64,000 nucleotides of DNA. Source: the human T2T-CHM13v2.0 reference genome, Homo sapiens. This document shows, in pieces, positions 25,011 to 40,867 of this stretch; the stretch's first letter is position 1; every line of letters starts with the position of its first letter. The stretch is taken from NCBI GenBank assembly GCA_009914755.4, contig CP068257.2, forward strand, positions 36,768,001 through 36,832,000, given 5' to 3'. Under the pieces are notes generated by a model. The model ran no database searches and was not told where the DNA came from. It was given only the letters and a program-made list of their open reading frames with translations. The position numbers were made by a program, and so were the translations under genes.

Positions 25011-26723
25011 TTAACAGCGAGGATTTTGACAGAAGTAGAGAGAAGCTCTTTGGTTTAGGGGAACCACTTAGCCCAGCCTCATCCGACATGGGCATGAAAT
25101 ATCTGACATGTTTAAGAAAAAGGGAGAAATTTGGTGTGGCTGCAGTAGAGGATTTCAGAGAGAGCACAGCAACACACGAGGATGGGGATGAAAGCTGGGC
25201 TCAGATCAACAAGGTCCTTGAGTCTTGCTAACAAGGTTGGATTTTCATTTTTAGAGATTTCAGAGTAATTGAAAATTTCTAAGAAATTTTTAAAAATCTT
25301 AAATAACACCAATCACAGAAAACTTGGTGATGAAAATAAAAGGCTTTATTGGGAATCCAAATACCCACATTGGGATTCTTATTCAACCATTTACTGGACG
25401 TAAACGTCAACCTCTCTGGAATTTGTTTTATATTTTTCTGTGGGTAATTAAATGAAATGTTAGGGGAATAGAAAAGTAAATGAGATAATGGATGTGAAAG
25501 CACTTTGCCAACAATAACATACTGCAAAAAAAGAATGCATCCACACACTCGATTTTGCATTGCAAACTCTGCTAAAATGGAATAAGAACAAAATCTGTTA
25601 TCACAGGGGCAGCCTCCTCCTTAAGACACAAAAGTCCAATTTATAATTTTATTTTAAGAAACTTTTGGAGATGCTTCTGTCAGATGAATCATAAGCCATT
25701 GAAGATAAGTTGTTCATTTTCAGCCTTCCATTCCAATTGTTTTGAAAACATCTGTGTCATCATTCTACATGTCATGGACACCAAAATGGTAAACTGTCAT
25801 GGCACAGGCTAAACAGAAGCCATCACTCTCTGAAGCCTCTTATTTGTATCTTAAGTTACATGGTTATTATGAAATCTACTTTGGTAAATTGGAATTTAAA
25901 AAATAAATAAAAGTAAACCATTACACACAGAGTTCTGGAGTTGTACTGTTAATGTACTCTGTATGTGGAGTGGGAGTGGGGGTATAAGCAGTGGGAGGGA
26001 GGGAGGAAGGCTGACATTTAAAAAAAATATTTCCATGAAACAGGATTCTGACCTAGTAGAGTTCCCCTGTTGCCAGGAAAATATTGAGTAGATATTTAAA
26101 TCAGGCAAAGGGGCACTGCATCGCCAAAGACAAACTGTGCCTTTGTGAAACAAAATGCCTCACACAGGCAAACATCTTCTTTCAGAGGCCCCTCTAGAGA
26201 AATGAATAAAGTAAGATTAAATAAAAGCCAAACTGGTGATAATGAAAGTCCTGAATGTTATTTTTCTTAAATAATATCAACGTAAAATATTGGCTTCCCA
26301 AAAGAAAAAAATTACTCTTGGTTATGAAAAAAACATCAAAAAATAAAAACTAAAATGTACCTCTAAGCCATATCACAAGCCTAGTGAGGTGTTTGTTTAT
26401 AAATCCAGGCCCTGGGCAAGTCAGCCAATCTGCTGTCCAAGACACTCATAAGCCTGCGAAAATAAGATTTAACATCTTGCATCCTCAGGAGGACAGAAGT
26501 TACATTTATAAAGCAGGCCCAATAGAGAGAACTGGCTTAAATTTGAGCAATGATTCACTCCATCACAAATGGAAATTTGATCTCAAATAAAGAGCCTACC
26601 TCAAGACTGTTTCTGAGCCTTTTAAATTTCTAACTTATATGTAGAGTTCATTTATTGTTTTGGTATTGATTTCTAATTTTATTGCACGTTGGCCAGTGAA
26701 TAGAGTCTGTATGAAATTAACAT

Positions 26724-27015
26724 TTTATTTTATTTTATTTTTTTGAGATAGTGTCTCGCTCTGTCACCTAGGCTGGAGAGCAGTGGCATGATCTGGGCTC
26801 ACTGCAACCTCTGCTTCCCAGGTTCAACTGCCTCAGCCTCCCGAATAGCTGGGATTACAGGCACCCACCACCATCCCGGCTAATTTTTGTATTTTTAATA
26901 GAGATGGGGTTTCACCATGTTGTCCAGGCTGATCTGGAACTCCTGACCTTAGGTGATCCACCCACCTCGGCCTCCCAAAGTGCTGGGATTGCAGGCGTGA
27001 GCCACCATGCCCAGC
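26724..27015 (-). mobile_element. Alu SINE, minus orientation.
   Basis: T-rich head followed by the reverse-complemented Alu, ending ...gcaggcgtgagccaccatgcccagc. Confidence 0.88.
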
Positions 27016-29384
27016 TGAAATTAGCTTTTTAAAAAGTTCCGGTTTGTTCCTCTTTTGGCGGCCTAGTGCATGGTCAGTTTTTATAAATGTTCCTTGATTG
27101 CTTAAGAAATGCATATTCTCTAATTTGGGAGTACAGAGTTCTAGAAAAAAAACTCTTGGTAAGGTGTATTTAATTTTAATGTCACTGACCTATCAATTAC
27201 TGAGAAATGCAAATTAAAATATCTCACTAAATTGGACTTGACTATTTCTTTTTGCAGTTCATTACATATTTCAAGGCTATGTTATTAGGTACATATAAGT
27301 TTATCATTATTATATATTTGTCATGAATTTAGCCTTTTTTCACTATGTAATGACCCTCAATTATCTCCAGTTATGCTTTCTGCCTGAAAGTATATTTAGT
27401 CTGCTTTCTATTTCTATTTTTGTCAGCTTTTTAAAAATTCAATTTTCACTAGCGTATCTTATTCTGTCAACTCTCAATCTTTGTTTGTGCAAGATTTTTT
27501 TGTAAACAACCCATAACTGATTGTGGAGTATTTTTTAGTCTAGTCTATCACTCTCTGTCTTTAATGGCAAATTTGGTCTATCTACACTTATTATCACTGA
27601 TCTATCTGATTTTTACCATCTTATTTTGTGCTTTATGTTAAACTTTCTTAGTCCATTCTCTATTTCTCCTTGCCAAGTGTCTAATCAGATTGATCTACTT
27701 TTCTTCATTCACTTTTTTTTCTTTGTTTCTGTATTGGTTTTGCTCTTTGACATTCTAGTTCTCTTTCCTGTTAATCTTTAAACAAAATCTAAGTTTAATT
27801 ACCAGTAATTTAGAAAGCTTATACTTGAATCATCCATCTCTGATTTTACATGACAATGTTCCCTCATATTTTTACTCCACTGAATTTTCTACTCCCTACT
27901 TAGGGAGGCTGTGGTTGTCATTTTACAGCCATTTCTTTCTAGATCTACCCTCACCTTAATCAATTTCATTGCTCCCATTTCCTTCCTGTATCTCACTCCC
28001 TTCTTCTAGGATCCATTTTTTAAATTAAATCTTTTGTTATTATCTGAAGTGAGGTTCAATTAGCAACAAACTCTCTTTTTAACTCCTTCTTTTATGTTCT
28101 TCCTTAATATTTAAAAAGTTTATTTATTTTATACTCTTTATCCAATACTTTAATTATTTAACCTTCTGCTTAATCATGTTCATTGTTTCTGTTAAATCTT
28201 GGTTGGGGGAGATCTCTCTTCAGCTATTTTTTTGTAATTTGCGGGTGGCAGAGTCATCTTTAGCGGGTCTCTATCTGCAGGAATTCTGTACAGCGTAGGT
28301 TGAAGACATGTCTCTCCATGAAGATTTCGTATTTACTTCTGCCAGGTTTCCCAGATTATCACTAGCCCATGACCATTTTTCTGTATTAATTTCTCAGCCT
28401 TAGAGTTCCTGGCACACACTGTTGTGTGTATGGGGTGGGGACTCGGGTAATGACAGGCTCAGTTCCAATTCTCTGCTTTGTGGAAGCTCAAGATTTCATT
28501 CCTTGCCCCTAGTTGACCTTTAAAACCCAAATCTCTGCATTATAGCAACCTAGGACAACCAGGTGTCAACATAAGAATGTGCTGCTCTGCTCTATTCTCA
28601 CTTTTTTCCTTATTTTAGTCCCTAAGGAGTTCATTGCCTTTCTTCCCAGTTCAGCTGTGCATTTAAAAGGATATTAAACTCCATGCAGCAATTCCAGGTG
28701 TTTTGCAAAAGGAATGTTTCTCAGGTCCTTTTATAGTAACCTCTCTATTTTACTAGAACCAAGAGCCCTCTCTGCATACTTTTTACCTATTTACTTTGAA
28801 TAGTTTTCATTTTTAATGCAGCCATCATCCTAACTCATGTTATGCTTTACTTCATTCATTTATTAATTAATCAATTGTCAAAAATTACTTATATGAATTG
28901 TATAATCCTCTATGAAAGATTCAAAAATGGCAAGAAAGAGTGCCTGTCCTCTACTTGTTTGAGAATCTACAATTCTGTGTATTTTATTTAAAAATACATG
29001 ACTAAATTATTTTTGTTAGGCTCTAAACATAGCTTTGTCATTCTGACACACTGATTTATTTCTCTGGATGAAACCATTCTCAAGTAATCATCTTGTTTTT
29101 GGATAATGATCGTTATTGTTCTTTGTTTTCTTTTGTTGTTGTTGCCTCCTGTTAGTTATTCCATGACAACATTGTGTGTGCTCATCATGTTTTAGAAATG
29201 CAATGGCTTGTTCCACATAAAGGTTTCTCCCTGCCTGGGTTTTCTTTCTTTGTCTTCTCTTTAAATGTTGCTATCCCCAGAGTTTCATCCTTGGTCTACC
29301 CCTCTCCTCTCTCCATATGTATCTTTGGGCATTCTTATTTGCTCTCATGTTTGAACTATAACATGCATGCTGTATTATTTTCCT

Positions 29385-29830
29385 AGGGCTGCCGTAACCA
29401 AGTACCACAAAATGTGTGGCTTAGAAACAACAGAAATTCATCGTCTCATAGTTCTGGAGGATCAAAGTCTGAAATCAAGGTATCAGCAAGGCCTTGCTCC
29501 ATCCGAGACTGTGGATAAAATCTGTCCTTGGCTCTTCTAGCTTCTGGTGCTGTCCAGCAATTGAATGTTCCATTGCTTGCAGTTGCATCAGTCCAACCTC
29601 TGCCTGTCTTCACATGGAGTTCTCCCTCTGTGTTTCCATATCATCTTCCCTCTGTGTGTGTCTATGTCCAAATTTCTCCTTTGTGTAAGGACACCAGTCA
29701 TTTTATTAGGCTCACCCTAATGACCTCATCTTAACTTGATTAAATCTGCAAAACCTCTATTTCCACATAAGGTCACATTCTAAGGAACTGGGGGTTAGGA
29801 CTTCAGCATATCTTGTGAGGGAGGCACAAT
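29385..29830 (+). mobile_element. Ancient interspersed repeat of the common 'ctgccgtaaccaagtaccacaaa...ggcttagaaacaacagaaat...tctggaggatcaaagtctgaaatcaaggt' family (class uncertain, MER/LTR-type).
   Basis: Strong match over ~400 bp to a ubiquitous repeat consensus recalled as ...ttcctagggctgccataacaaagtaccacaaactgggtggcttaaaacaacagaaatttattctctcacagttctggaggccagaagtctgaaatcaaggtgt...ataaggacaccagtcatattggattagggcccaccctaat..gacctcatcttaacttgattacatctgcaaagaccctatttccaaataaggtcacattctgaggtactgggggttaggacttcaacata. Confidence 0.6.
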
Positions 29831-30524
29831 TTTTTAACCTGTAACAGGCAGCTGTTTCTGCCAGTCTATATCTTGAGTCCCCAGGGCACTCTCACAGATG
29901 CCAGACCCAAATATAAACAGAAGAACTGCACTTTTTATCCCAGGTACTGTTTAAGCATGTCACACATATTGCTATATTTAATCCATATAGCACCACATGA
30001 AGTAGGAATTATTATCATCCATATTTTGGTGATGAAAAACCTGAGAAACAGCAAGATTAAGTAGCTTCCCAGATCCCACAGTTAGTACATGGCAGAGTTT
30101 AGAACTCAAGTGCTGTGACTCCCGATCAAGGACTTTCCATCCTGAGCTCTAGGCCCACCACACTGCCTGACAGGTGTCCCAGAAGCATCTTAAACACAGG
30201 ATGAACCAAACTGAAATCACCTATTTTAAACATTTTTTTTTTTGTATATTCATTAACACCTACCCAGCTGCTCATGCTAAATCTAAGCTGTCTTCAATTC
30301 CATTCTTCTCTTTGACTTTCAAGAAAAACAGATAACATCATTAGCACTGTAGAAATGTAAAAATTAGCCCTGGGCAACACAGTAGATTATTTTACAAAAT
30401 TCCCTCTCCACCTCCTTTGTTTACTTAAGTCTTATTTGAAAAGGCTGTTGCAGAATGTCTACAACAATTTAACAAACACATTCTCTCATCCCATTCCTGT
30501 GTTCTCCCCTGGGTATTTTTGTCA

Positions 30525-30725
30525 GCACAGCTTAGGAAGAAGAACCCAGACTGTGGAGTCAGAAAGAACTGGGTTCGAATCCTGGCTCTTCAAATGATTG
30601 GCTGTGACATATTTGGCAACTCTCTTAGCGTTCCTAGTTTTAGTTTCTTTACTGTCGAGTGAGAATGATAATGAGTACCTACATCATAGGGTGGTCGCAT
30701 GATTTAAATGAGATAATGCCTTTTC
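30525..30725 (+). mobile_element. MIR SINE.
   Basis: gtcagaaagaactgggttcgaatcctggctcttcaaatgattggctgtgacatatttggcaactctcttagcgttcctagttttagtttctttactgtcgagtgagaatgataatgagtacctacatcatagggtggtcgcatgatttaaatgag. Confidence 0.75.
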
Positions 30726-32920
30726 TACAAAGTGCATGTCCAAGTGCCTGACAACAGTGCATATCAATAGATAGTAGCTGTCGTTGCTTTTTAGAAAAAT
30801 GACTTGATTTTAGCCTCACATTTAACCCAATGGTGGTTTCCTCAACCGCTATTCAGCTGATAACTTTAAAATACACATAATAAACTTTGATGTTAGCATT
30901 TCTATTTTAGTGGGTTTTGTTATTTAGTTGTTTGAGCATAGCAGGAATTTAAACAGAAGATTAAAGAAGCATGTCCCATCATATCGACAGAGTGGAAGAG
31001 ATCCTCGGGTGTGTTCAGGGACGTAACAAAGAAAGATGAAGACACAAGTCATTTCACCAGCAGGTTCTGGGCCTGAGAATAGGCTCTGGTCTCACCCAGT
31101 TGTGCAAGTGTTCCCGGGAAAGTCATTTCACCTCTCTCAGTCTTGGTTTTCTCATGTTTAAAGGAAGACTGAACTTAGACCACCAAGAATCCTGCAACCC
31201 CTGCGAGTCTGCGATTCCTGCTAGTTAGATCTAGATTACTGTTAACTTGATAAATCACATTTACTCTCCTCCACACAGAATCCAAGTGCTGGCTGTGTTG
31301 TCTGGCGATTGAGAACACAAAAGACATGATCATCACCTCACTAAACTTACAATCTAATAGAACAGACAGGCTTATAAATAACTCACGCTAAGAGGATTGG
31401 AAACATAATATATCAGCCATCAGGGCTTGGTCGGAGGGTATGTTCTATTACTTGTTATTCACTGGCTTTCAAAGCCCAGTGGGGGAATGTCAATATTTAG
31501 GGAGGATCATGTGGAAACTATGCAGTCCTCTAACACTCTGAGAACTCAAGATCCCTTCTTTACATGAAATCAGACTGCCAAAGACTCATGCTGGGTGTCT
31601 GTCCTCTACCTGTGCTGAGCTATTCTCTAATGTAACTCAGCGCTCACAGAAGATGTCACAAGAAATAAGCTGTTGAAATGCAGTGCTGCAACTGTGGCAG
31701 GAAGACGGTCGATGGTCAGGTCTATGGCCCCAGTGGCCCCAAAAGGGATCCTTCTTTTAGGATTCTACACTATGATAAACATTGCCTTCCCTGTGAAACT
31801 TCTTTTTTGAAAGGAAAAATTATTTCCCCAAATAACTCTTTTCATTTTGGCTGCCAGGAAGCTCAAAGCCATACTAGAAACTTAAGTACAGCATCTTGGG
31901 CAAGCTTGTGGTCAAAATGGCTGCATTCTTCCCTCACATGCTCTTGGCTTCTCATTTGTATTTTTAACTGCCTTAGCACTGATTCCTAATTTCCATTTGA
32001 TAAGTCAATTGGGTATAAGCCCATCAGTAGTTTAGTTCACACGGCACCTCAAATCCTTTGCAGAATATCCACATTTAAGTAAGTATATACATGCATTTGA
32101 GAATACAATATGAAACAAAATAAAGTATGATAACAAAATAATTGGTAAGATGTCATAAGAGGAGTGATTAATTTGCCAGAGGATCAAGCATGGCTCCCTT
32201 GACAGGGCAGATTTTGAAGATGTCTGGAAGAATGAGCAAGAGCATTCCAGAGAGGGAACCGCAGGGACAAGGACACCGGGTGGTGAAAATGCAGCGCGTG
32301 AGTTGGGGATGTGGCAGAGGAAAACGGCAGAGGCTGCAAAGGGCTTTCGAAATCACATCATCGTGGGTATAAATGAAGCTGTTCTTGATTCGTCCTGTCA
32401 TAGCAATCTCCATTCCTCACATGCTCTGAAATACTGGTCTGAGTCATTCATTTGAGCTCTCAATCACACCTTCTCCTGTCTGTCAAAAACTACTTACCCC
32501 ACATGGGTGGGTCTTAGCTACTTCTGACAGCCTTCGGTCATCTCCTCAGTGATTAAGAGTAATGGGAACTCCATGAACACTTTCTAACGGAATAGAAAGG
32601 TCCTAGCACAGGGGTCTGAGTAAGACACAAGTCATGTAGCTTCAGCCACACGTGTTTGGTGGGCAAGAAAAGGTGATTTTAAATCTCATTAGAGCTTTTA
32701 TTCACGGTGAATGGAACACAGTAAGAGTTTAATGAATGAATTAATAATGAAGAAAGTGAAGAGATACAGTGAAGAGAAGAATGTGGCTACTCTTATCTCT
32801 GAGATTACTGATTATTGCAAGGGTCTATGCTGAAAGTGAATTATTTTAAAAATAGAAGCAGAGGCATTTGAAAAACTCAACACTTTAGCACCTATTTTAA
32901 GGAATTAAAACAGAAAAAGA

Positions 32921-33265
<345 letters not shown>

Positions 33266-33646
33266 CTATAAGCTGCTAAAGCGAGAGGTCCTATTGCATT
33301 TTGGTCAGCATTTTGCAACTTTTAAGAAGTGAATGGAGCCTGTGCCTTCCTCTTTGTTAGCCACTTGGTTAGCACATCTCCATGTTCACAGCCAACACCT
33401 AAAGAGTAACAGTAACTACTGCAATGAGTGATTCTTCATTTTTTTTTGGAATGTTAATGTGATACTGTTAATCATTTCTATCTTTCCTTTTTGTCTACTT
33501 GCCTTTTCTAAAAGTGATAAACCATATCTTTATTAAAAATAATTCAAGTCTATTAAAGTAAAATTTATATCTTCTATCTAGATTAGAACTTTTCAACCTT
33601 ATTGTACATGAAAATTACATACACAATAAGCATGTTAATAATGTAA

Positions 33647-33986
<340 letters not shown>

Positions 33987-34070
33987 CAGGAAATGTGTAT
34001 TTTTAATCATAAATTTTCCAGATAATCTTGATACAAGTGGTTCTGACCATACTTTGAAAAACACTTTCTA

Positions 34071-34392
<322 letters not shown>

Positions 34393-37215
34393 AAACACTT
34401 TCTAGTCAACCTCCAAATTAAGCTCGGCCAAAAAAGAGCCATATAACCAGCATGGGGGATGTCACACTTGTCAGGCCCCTCTTATTACAACTGGTTTCAC
34501 TGAATGACACTTGGGTTTACGACAGTGTAAGAGACTGCCCTGCCCTATGAGAGATCCTCCTAGATTTACAGATACTCGCACCAAATACATAGATAAAAAC
34601 CAGAGATGGGAATTATGGCCTAACCAGTACCCTTTGGGAAGGCACAATCAACAGTCTTGCCAGAACAACAGGCACAAACCAGGGCTGCCCAGAATGCCTG
34701 GTGGCGCTACTGGTTGAACGCTTTGCTCATGACTCCCCTTATCTTCCTTAGGACAAACAGAGGAACACATCTTCCTCCAGACTCAGAATTAATAGCTGGA
34801 CCATCTTTTCACATTTGCTTTCTTTTTATCCTGTAGGCACTGAATTATCCCTTTCATACTGCCTGATGATACCTCGAAGCCAAATAACACCTACCTTTTG
34901 CAATTCTGCAATATTTAAATGTTGCAATTAAAAATACACATACACACACACACACGTGCGTGTAAACCTCACTCCTGGTTTTACTCTCTCTGTTCAATTT
35001 TTACTTTAGTCCATTCTCCACATTCCTTTATTTTTAAAAAGTGGATTCTACCGTGCTCTTTCATATGTATCTATGTGAGCTTTCTTAAATCTGTTCTGAA
35101 ATAGGAGGCAGTGTAAATATATCAAGTGACAGTCTACATTTATCCTTCAGGGACATTTTCTAGTTGACACTTTCTTATGGGCTTTTTTTTGACACTTTTT
35201 TTATGGGCTTCTTTATTAACTCAAGATCATGAGTATCAAAACCAGGGTTGAGGGAATCGCTTCTCAAAAGTGGGTTCCAGGTACCAGAACCCAATCTGAA
35301 CACGGACAAAGCCCCCCAGCTCCTCTGTGGTTTTATCTCTCAGTCTCCGTACAGTACAAATTTTCTCATCAGTGTTTATTAGGGCCACTGCTATCTCTAG
35401 TGTGTAAACATCGGCATGTATTGATGATGGTACAAATGTTTAGGAATAACTGATGGTTTTTTTTTTTTTCACTCAGCTATCCGTGTGATTTGCATTAGTG
35501 CCAAGCAATGTCTCTAAGTAGTAAGGTCTATGTGAACCACTCAGGACCAGGTCTGGAGAATTCTTTTTGCACACATGGGGTACTCCGTGCCCCAAATCTG
35601 CCTTAGTGAGGTGCCTGGATACCATGGGGATGGATACAGCAGCTGGTACAGCTGCCTGAGGTCCTGCAACCTCATGGCCACATTGGAAAATTGTCCAGAT
35701 TGTGCAATGAAGCTGTGTGTGTGTGTGCGTGTGTGTGTGTGTGTTCATCTCTGTGTGTGTATGAGCACACATACATGAAGCTTGACCAATAACTGAAAGA
35801 CTCACAACTTGCAAAATCAGCCACAACTAGCTCTCTTACAAACACTATTAACTGAATAACTGCCTACACTGGCGTGAAGCAACTGAAGGAGGGAAGAGCT
35901 GAAGAGAAGAGTACTTTGCTCCAAAGAAAGGAAACAGCCTTTACATCAAAGCTTACTATAAGCCAATTTGCAGAGCTATCCTTGCATCCATCCAGCTAAT
36001 ATTTGATGAGCAGCTACTATGTATAAAAAATCCTGGGTGCTCTGACTTCAGTTGATTCTCTGTTCTCTTCCCCACACAAATATCTCTCTTATTTTCTAAA
36101 TACTTTCCTTAGTGTAGAAAGACTCAAGTCTGGCCCTACTGAAAAGGATATTTATGACATCAAAGCATATTGATGGCCTCATGGAAATACAGCCTCACCA
36201 GTTAGAAGATGGTACCAGGCATTACCTCTTACATCTGTGATTCAATGTGGAACCAAGCAAGGAATCTTCAGTGCAGGCCCCCTCAGATGGATTCTCTCAT
36301 CTTTGAGATCTAAACACTTTGTTTTGTCTCCTTTGAAGAAATTACATTCTTAAGGAGGAGGGCAAAGGGTGAGATGGGTTAGGGGGCTTCCTTTGGGTGT
36401 CTACTTCACTTTGTTCATGCCCAGAGAGTGTCTGGGCAACACACCACTGCCCTCCTGCCTCTCCTCCAGGCACATCCTAGCCTTCGAGTTTTTCTTATGT
36501 GCCACACATCTGGAGTGGGCACCTGGGACATTTGTGTTTCTATTTTTCCCATCCAACAGGAACAGCCCCCTGTTCTGAGGCACAGCAGCAAGTGAGGCAG
36601 TCTCAGGCATTCAGGTGCATTGTCAAGATCAAACCAAATGCATGGCCTCTGTACCTGTCAACTGCCTTTCAGTAAATACAAAGGACGGTTTTCTCCCTTT
36701 CGTAATCTACCATCAGTGTCTCCTGTAAGTCTTAAAAAATGCTTTGAAATCAGGCACAACCCCAAAGGATGGTCCCTTTCACACCCCACTGCATCGAACC
36801 AGCTTTACGTGTTTGCTGAAAGTCACATGGTGACAGATCTAAGCTGAAACCTGGGATTCAAATCCAGGCCAGATGTTTTGCAAAGTACCCTGCACTCCTG
36901 AACTCTTCTGTCTAGAAGGTGACAGAAGCCCACTGGGCATGATCCAACTCAGGTAAAGGGAAAGTCACACCATGGAGGGAATCTAACCTGTTTGCCATCA
37001 CACTTCGCAGATATTAATTTAGGTGACCCCAGGAGCAAGGGAGAATTGAGTTTGTGCAGATTTCACCCATGCATGCCCTTGGCTACTTTGCCAACAAGGA
37101 GTAACTTGTACAGTGCAGCTCAGTGGTGAGGTGTCCGTTCATCCATTCTCCACCTCCCTTAATATTCACTGAGCACCTCCCACTTACCAGGCACTGCAAC
37201 TGGCCCTGGAGATAG

Positions 37216-37471
<256 letters not shown>

Positions 37472-38505
37472 TAATGGCAGAAGGGAATGAATGAAATCAA
37501 GAAAAATCAGGCCAACAGGAGACTGGCAGTCACAGGTGGAGACGAGAGCAATTCCAGACGGAAGTGCTCAGGACTGGCCTCCCTGAGGCCATGACATTGG
37601 CACGGATACTTGGTGAAGGAAAATGATATGGAACTACCTGGAATTAAGGGTTTCAGGCTGAGCTGACGCCAAATTCAAATCCCTGAGGCAGGACCGCAGG
37701 GTGACCAGATGGCTGAAACAAGTAACAGGAGGGAACCCACAGAAATTGCTGTAAGCAGCTGAGATTTAATCCAATGCCAACAGGCAGAGACTAAAGGAGT
37801 AAGGCAGACCTGCCTGAGTCCTAACTTGGCCTCTTATTAGCCTAATGCCCTTGGAAAAGTTGGTGGACCTCTCTGAACTTCATCTTCCTCATCAGGGAAA
37901 TCATGAGAAAGATGTCCATTTGCAAAGATTGGTTGAGATCACGTTTCTAAAGCATTTATCCAAATGCCTCCTGTAGGGTAAAGGTTCACTGACTGGTGAC
38001 TGTTGCTGTTGTTCTTATATTTCTGGCTTTAGGTAGCATGTATCCTCTGAGGAGCTTTAAGTCATTTTTTCTATTACCTTTAGTTTGGCTAAATAAATAA
38101 GTTCTTGTCACGTCTTTCAAGTTCAAGAGCTATTCCTTTGGGTTGGTTTTGAATTATGTTTGTGGTAAAGAGTTACTCTGGTTATTAGAATCTGTATTAC
38201 AGGCCAGTGATAGCTGGAATTTTAGATGCTTAAGGGAACACGTAAGACAGCCATATAATATATGGCTCCCACATGTTTATTTTTCCAGATAAGATAATTT
38301 TAAAAACAAACAAGTCTATCATCTATCATAAATAGTACCTCATGAAGGACAGGATATTTGGAACAATAATCTCCAAGAAGGGGCAATTCCTCCCTAGAAA
38401 GGTCACCTTTCATAGACATATACACACGTGTGCATATGTGTGTGCACACAAGCAAGGCTGCATGTTTGCCTGGACATCCTCTTTCTCTCTGTCTCTCTCC
38501 ATACG

Positions 38506-38506
<1 letters not shown>

Positions 38507-38541
<35 letters not shown>
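38507..38541. repeat. (GT)n microsatellite.
   Basis: gtgtgtgtgt... run of ~35 bp. Confidence 0.95.
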
Positions 38542-38543
<2 letters not shown>

Positions 38544-38826
38544 TTTTCTCTATGTGGCAAAATAAAGAGCTGGGGCTACATACTGCTGTCTCACATATTT
38601 TTTAAATATTTGTATTTTTAAATACAGGTGTATTTTTCTTGCTTTGCTGTCGATCCGTGAACATGTCCTCATGCATAGACCTCTGCCAGCTCCCATTTAC
38701 AAGCCCTGCTCTGGACAAAGGAGATGTGATCAATGCCACAGGTGGGGGAGAAGAGCTCCCTGAGGCTCAGCCTAGCCTTGGGGAAGTTGCGATCTGCCGA
38801 GGGCAGTGAAGCTGTGGGCACCTGAC

Positions 38827-38978
38827 CTGCTGGCACGATAACTCTGCGCTCGTTCGTGGTCATGTTTGGGGGTGGCATGTGCTTCTCCTCCATGTAGCTG
38901 CCGTAGTTCATCCCAACGGTGTCTGGGCTGCCCACCATCTTCCCGCCTTTGGCCACACTGCATTCATCAGGAGAGTTC
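38827..38978 (-). CDS. ERG: ERG coding exon, 152 bp, encoding (R)[50 protein letters not shown].
   Basis: ORF 38669..39142(-) contains the exact peptide. Acceptor is ctcctccag|GAACTC and donor is GCAG|gtcagg. Phase is consistent with the flanking exons. Confidence 0.95.
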
Positions 38979-39121
38979 CTGGAGGAGAAGAAATATTCTT
39001 CCATTATAACAGCAATCAAAGAGCATGTCTCCATCGACTTCTCACAATACACAGAGAGAACCAAAGAAGGGCAAGGCGGAAGAGACTGGGGGAGAAAGGA
39101 CAAGTGTGAAAAGCCAAATAC

Positions 39122-39523
<402 letters not shown>

Positions 39524-39596
39524 TCAGTTTGATGAGGTCATGAGGGTAGAGTCCCACGATGGGATTAGTGCCCTTATTAGAAAAGAAAGAGACCAG

Positions 39597-39634
<38 letters not shown>
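39597..39634. repeat. (CT)n microsatellite, about 18 units.
   Basis: ctctctctctctctctctct... run. Confidence 0.95.
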
Positions 39635-39637
<3 letters not shown>

Positions 39638-40510
39638 ATGTAAGGGCAGAGCAAGAAGGTGGCCAGGCCATCTGCAACCCAAGGACAGAGACCTCACCAG
39701 AGACTGGCCCTGCTGGTGTCTGATTTTAGACTTCCAACCTCCAGAAGTATGCAAGCTCGAGTCCCATTGTTTCAGCCAGCCAGTCTGTGGGGCTCTGTGA
39801 AGGCAGCCTGCACAGGCTAGGACAGTGCCCATACTGGCTAGATGCACAGAACACGCACAAGGGAGGCGGAACTACCACCTGGCTTCTGTTTCTTAAGCAG
39901 CTCCTCCTGAAACTGTCATGTCAAAACTCCATCTGTGACAACTGATTGGGGACACTTGCAGGGAACAGTGAACTGCTCTTTGTTCTCGCGGTGTGACAGC
40001 AAACAGGCAGAGTAGACAGATGCTGTGGGGCGGCACCAGGGACACTCGCTGCTCAGTGAGGTTTATCCTGGAACGACGTTCCTTCTCAAAACCTCAGAAT
40101 GAAATCCTCCTGCTCAATTTCAAATCCCTGCAGCCAATCTTTACATATGGAGCTTTGAAGACTCACAGTGTTCCAGGCTTAGGTGTAGACAGGAAGGGCA
40201 GGGAAGGGTGAGGACTGACGCTAGGGGAGGCCTCATGGGGAGTGGACTCCAGCAGTCCTAGAGGACCCTTGGGAAAGGGATAGGGAAGGAACTGTGTGGA
40301 TGCAGAGAGGGGTCAGCTACTGACTACTGACCGTGGGCAACAGGTCACAGGGCTGCTGTTAGTAAGGCAGTCACTGTCATTTGGATAAAGTCAAACCTAC
40401 CTTTCTGGAAAAAGAAAAGGAAAACATTTTAAACAGTGAGTTGTGAAAGCTACAGGACATTGGTGAAATCGCATCTGATAGGGAAATGCTAAAAAGAAAA
40501 TCCAGCTTAG

Positions 40511-40867
<357 letters not shown>

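Noticed and set aside
27300-28900. AT-rich ~1.6-kb stretch with scattered CpGs (gcgggtggcagagtcatctttagcgggtctc...) that looked like an old LINE/LTR interior.
   Set aside because: I could not assign it to a repeat family from memory, and it has no coding or structural signal of its own. Left unannotated rather than guessed.
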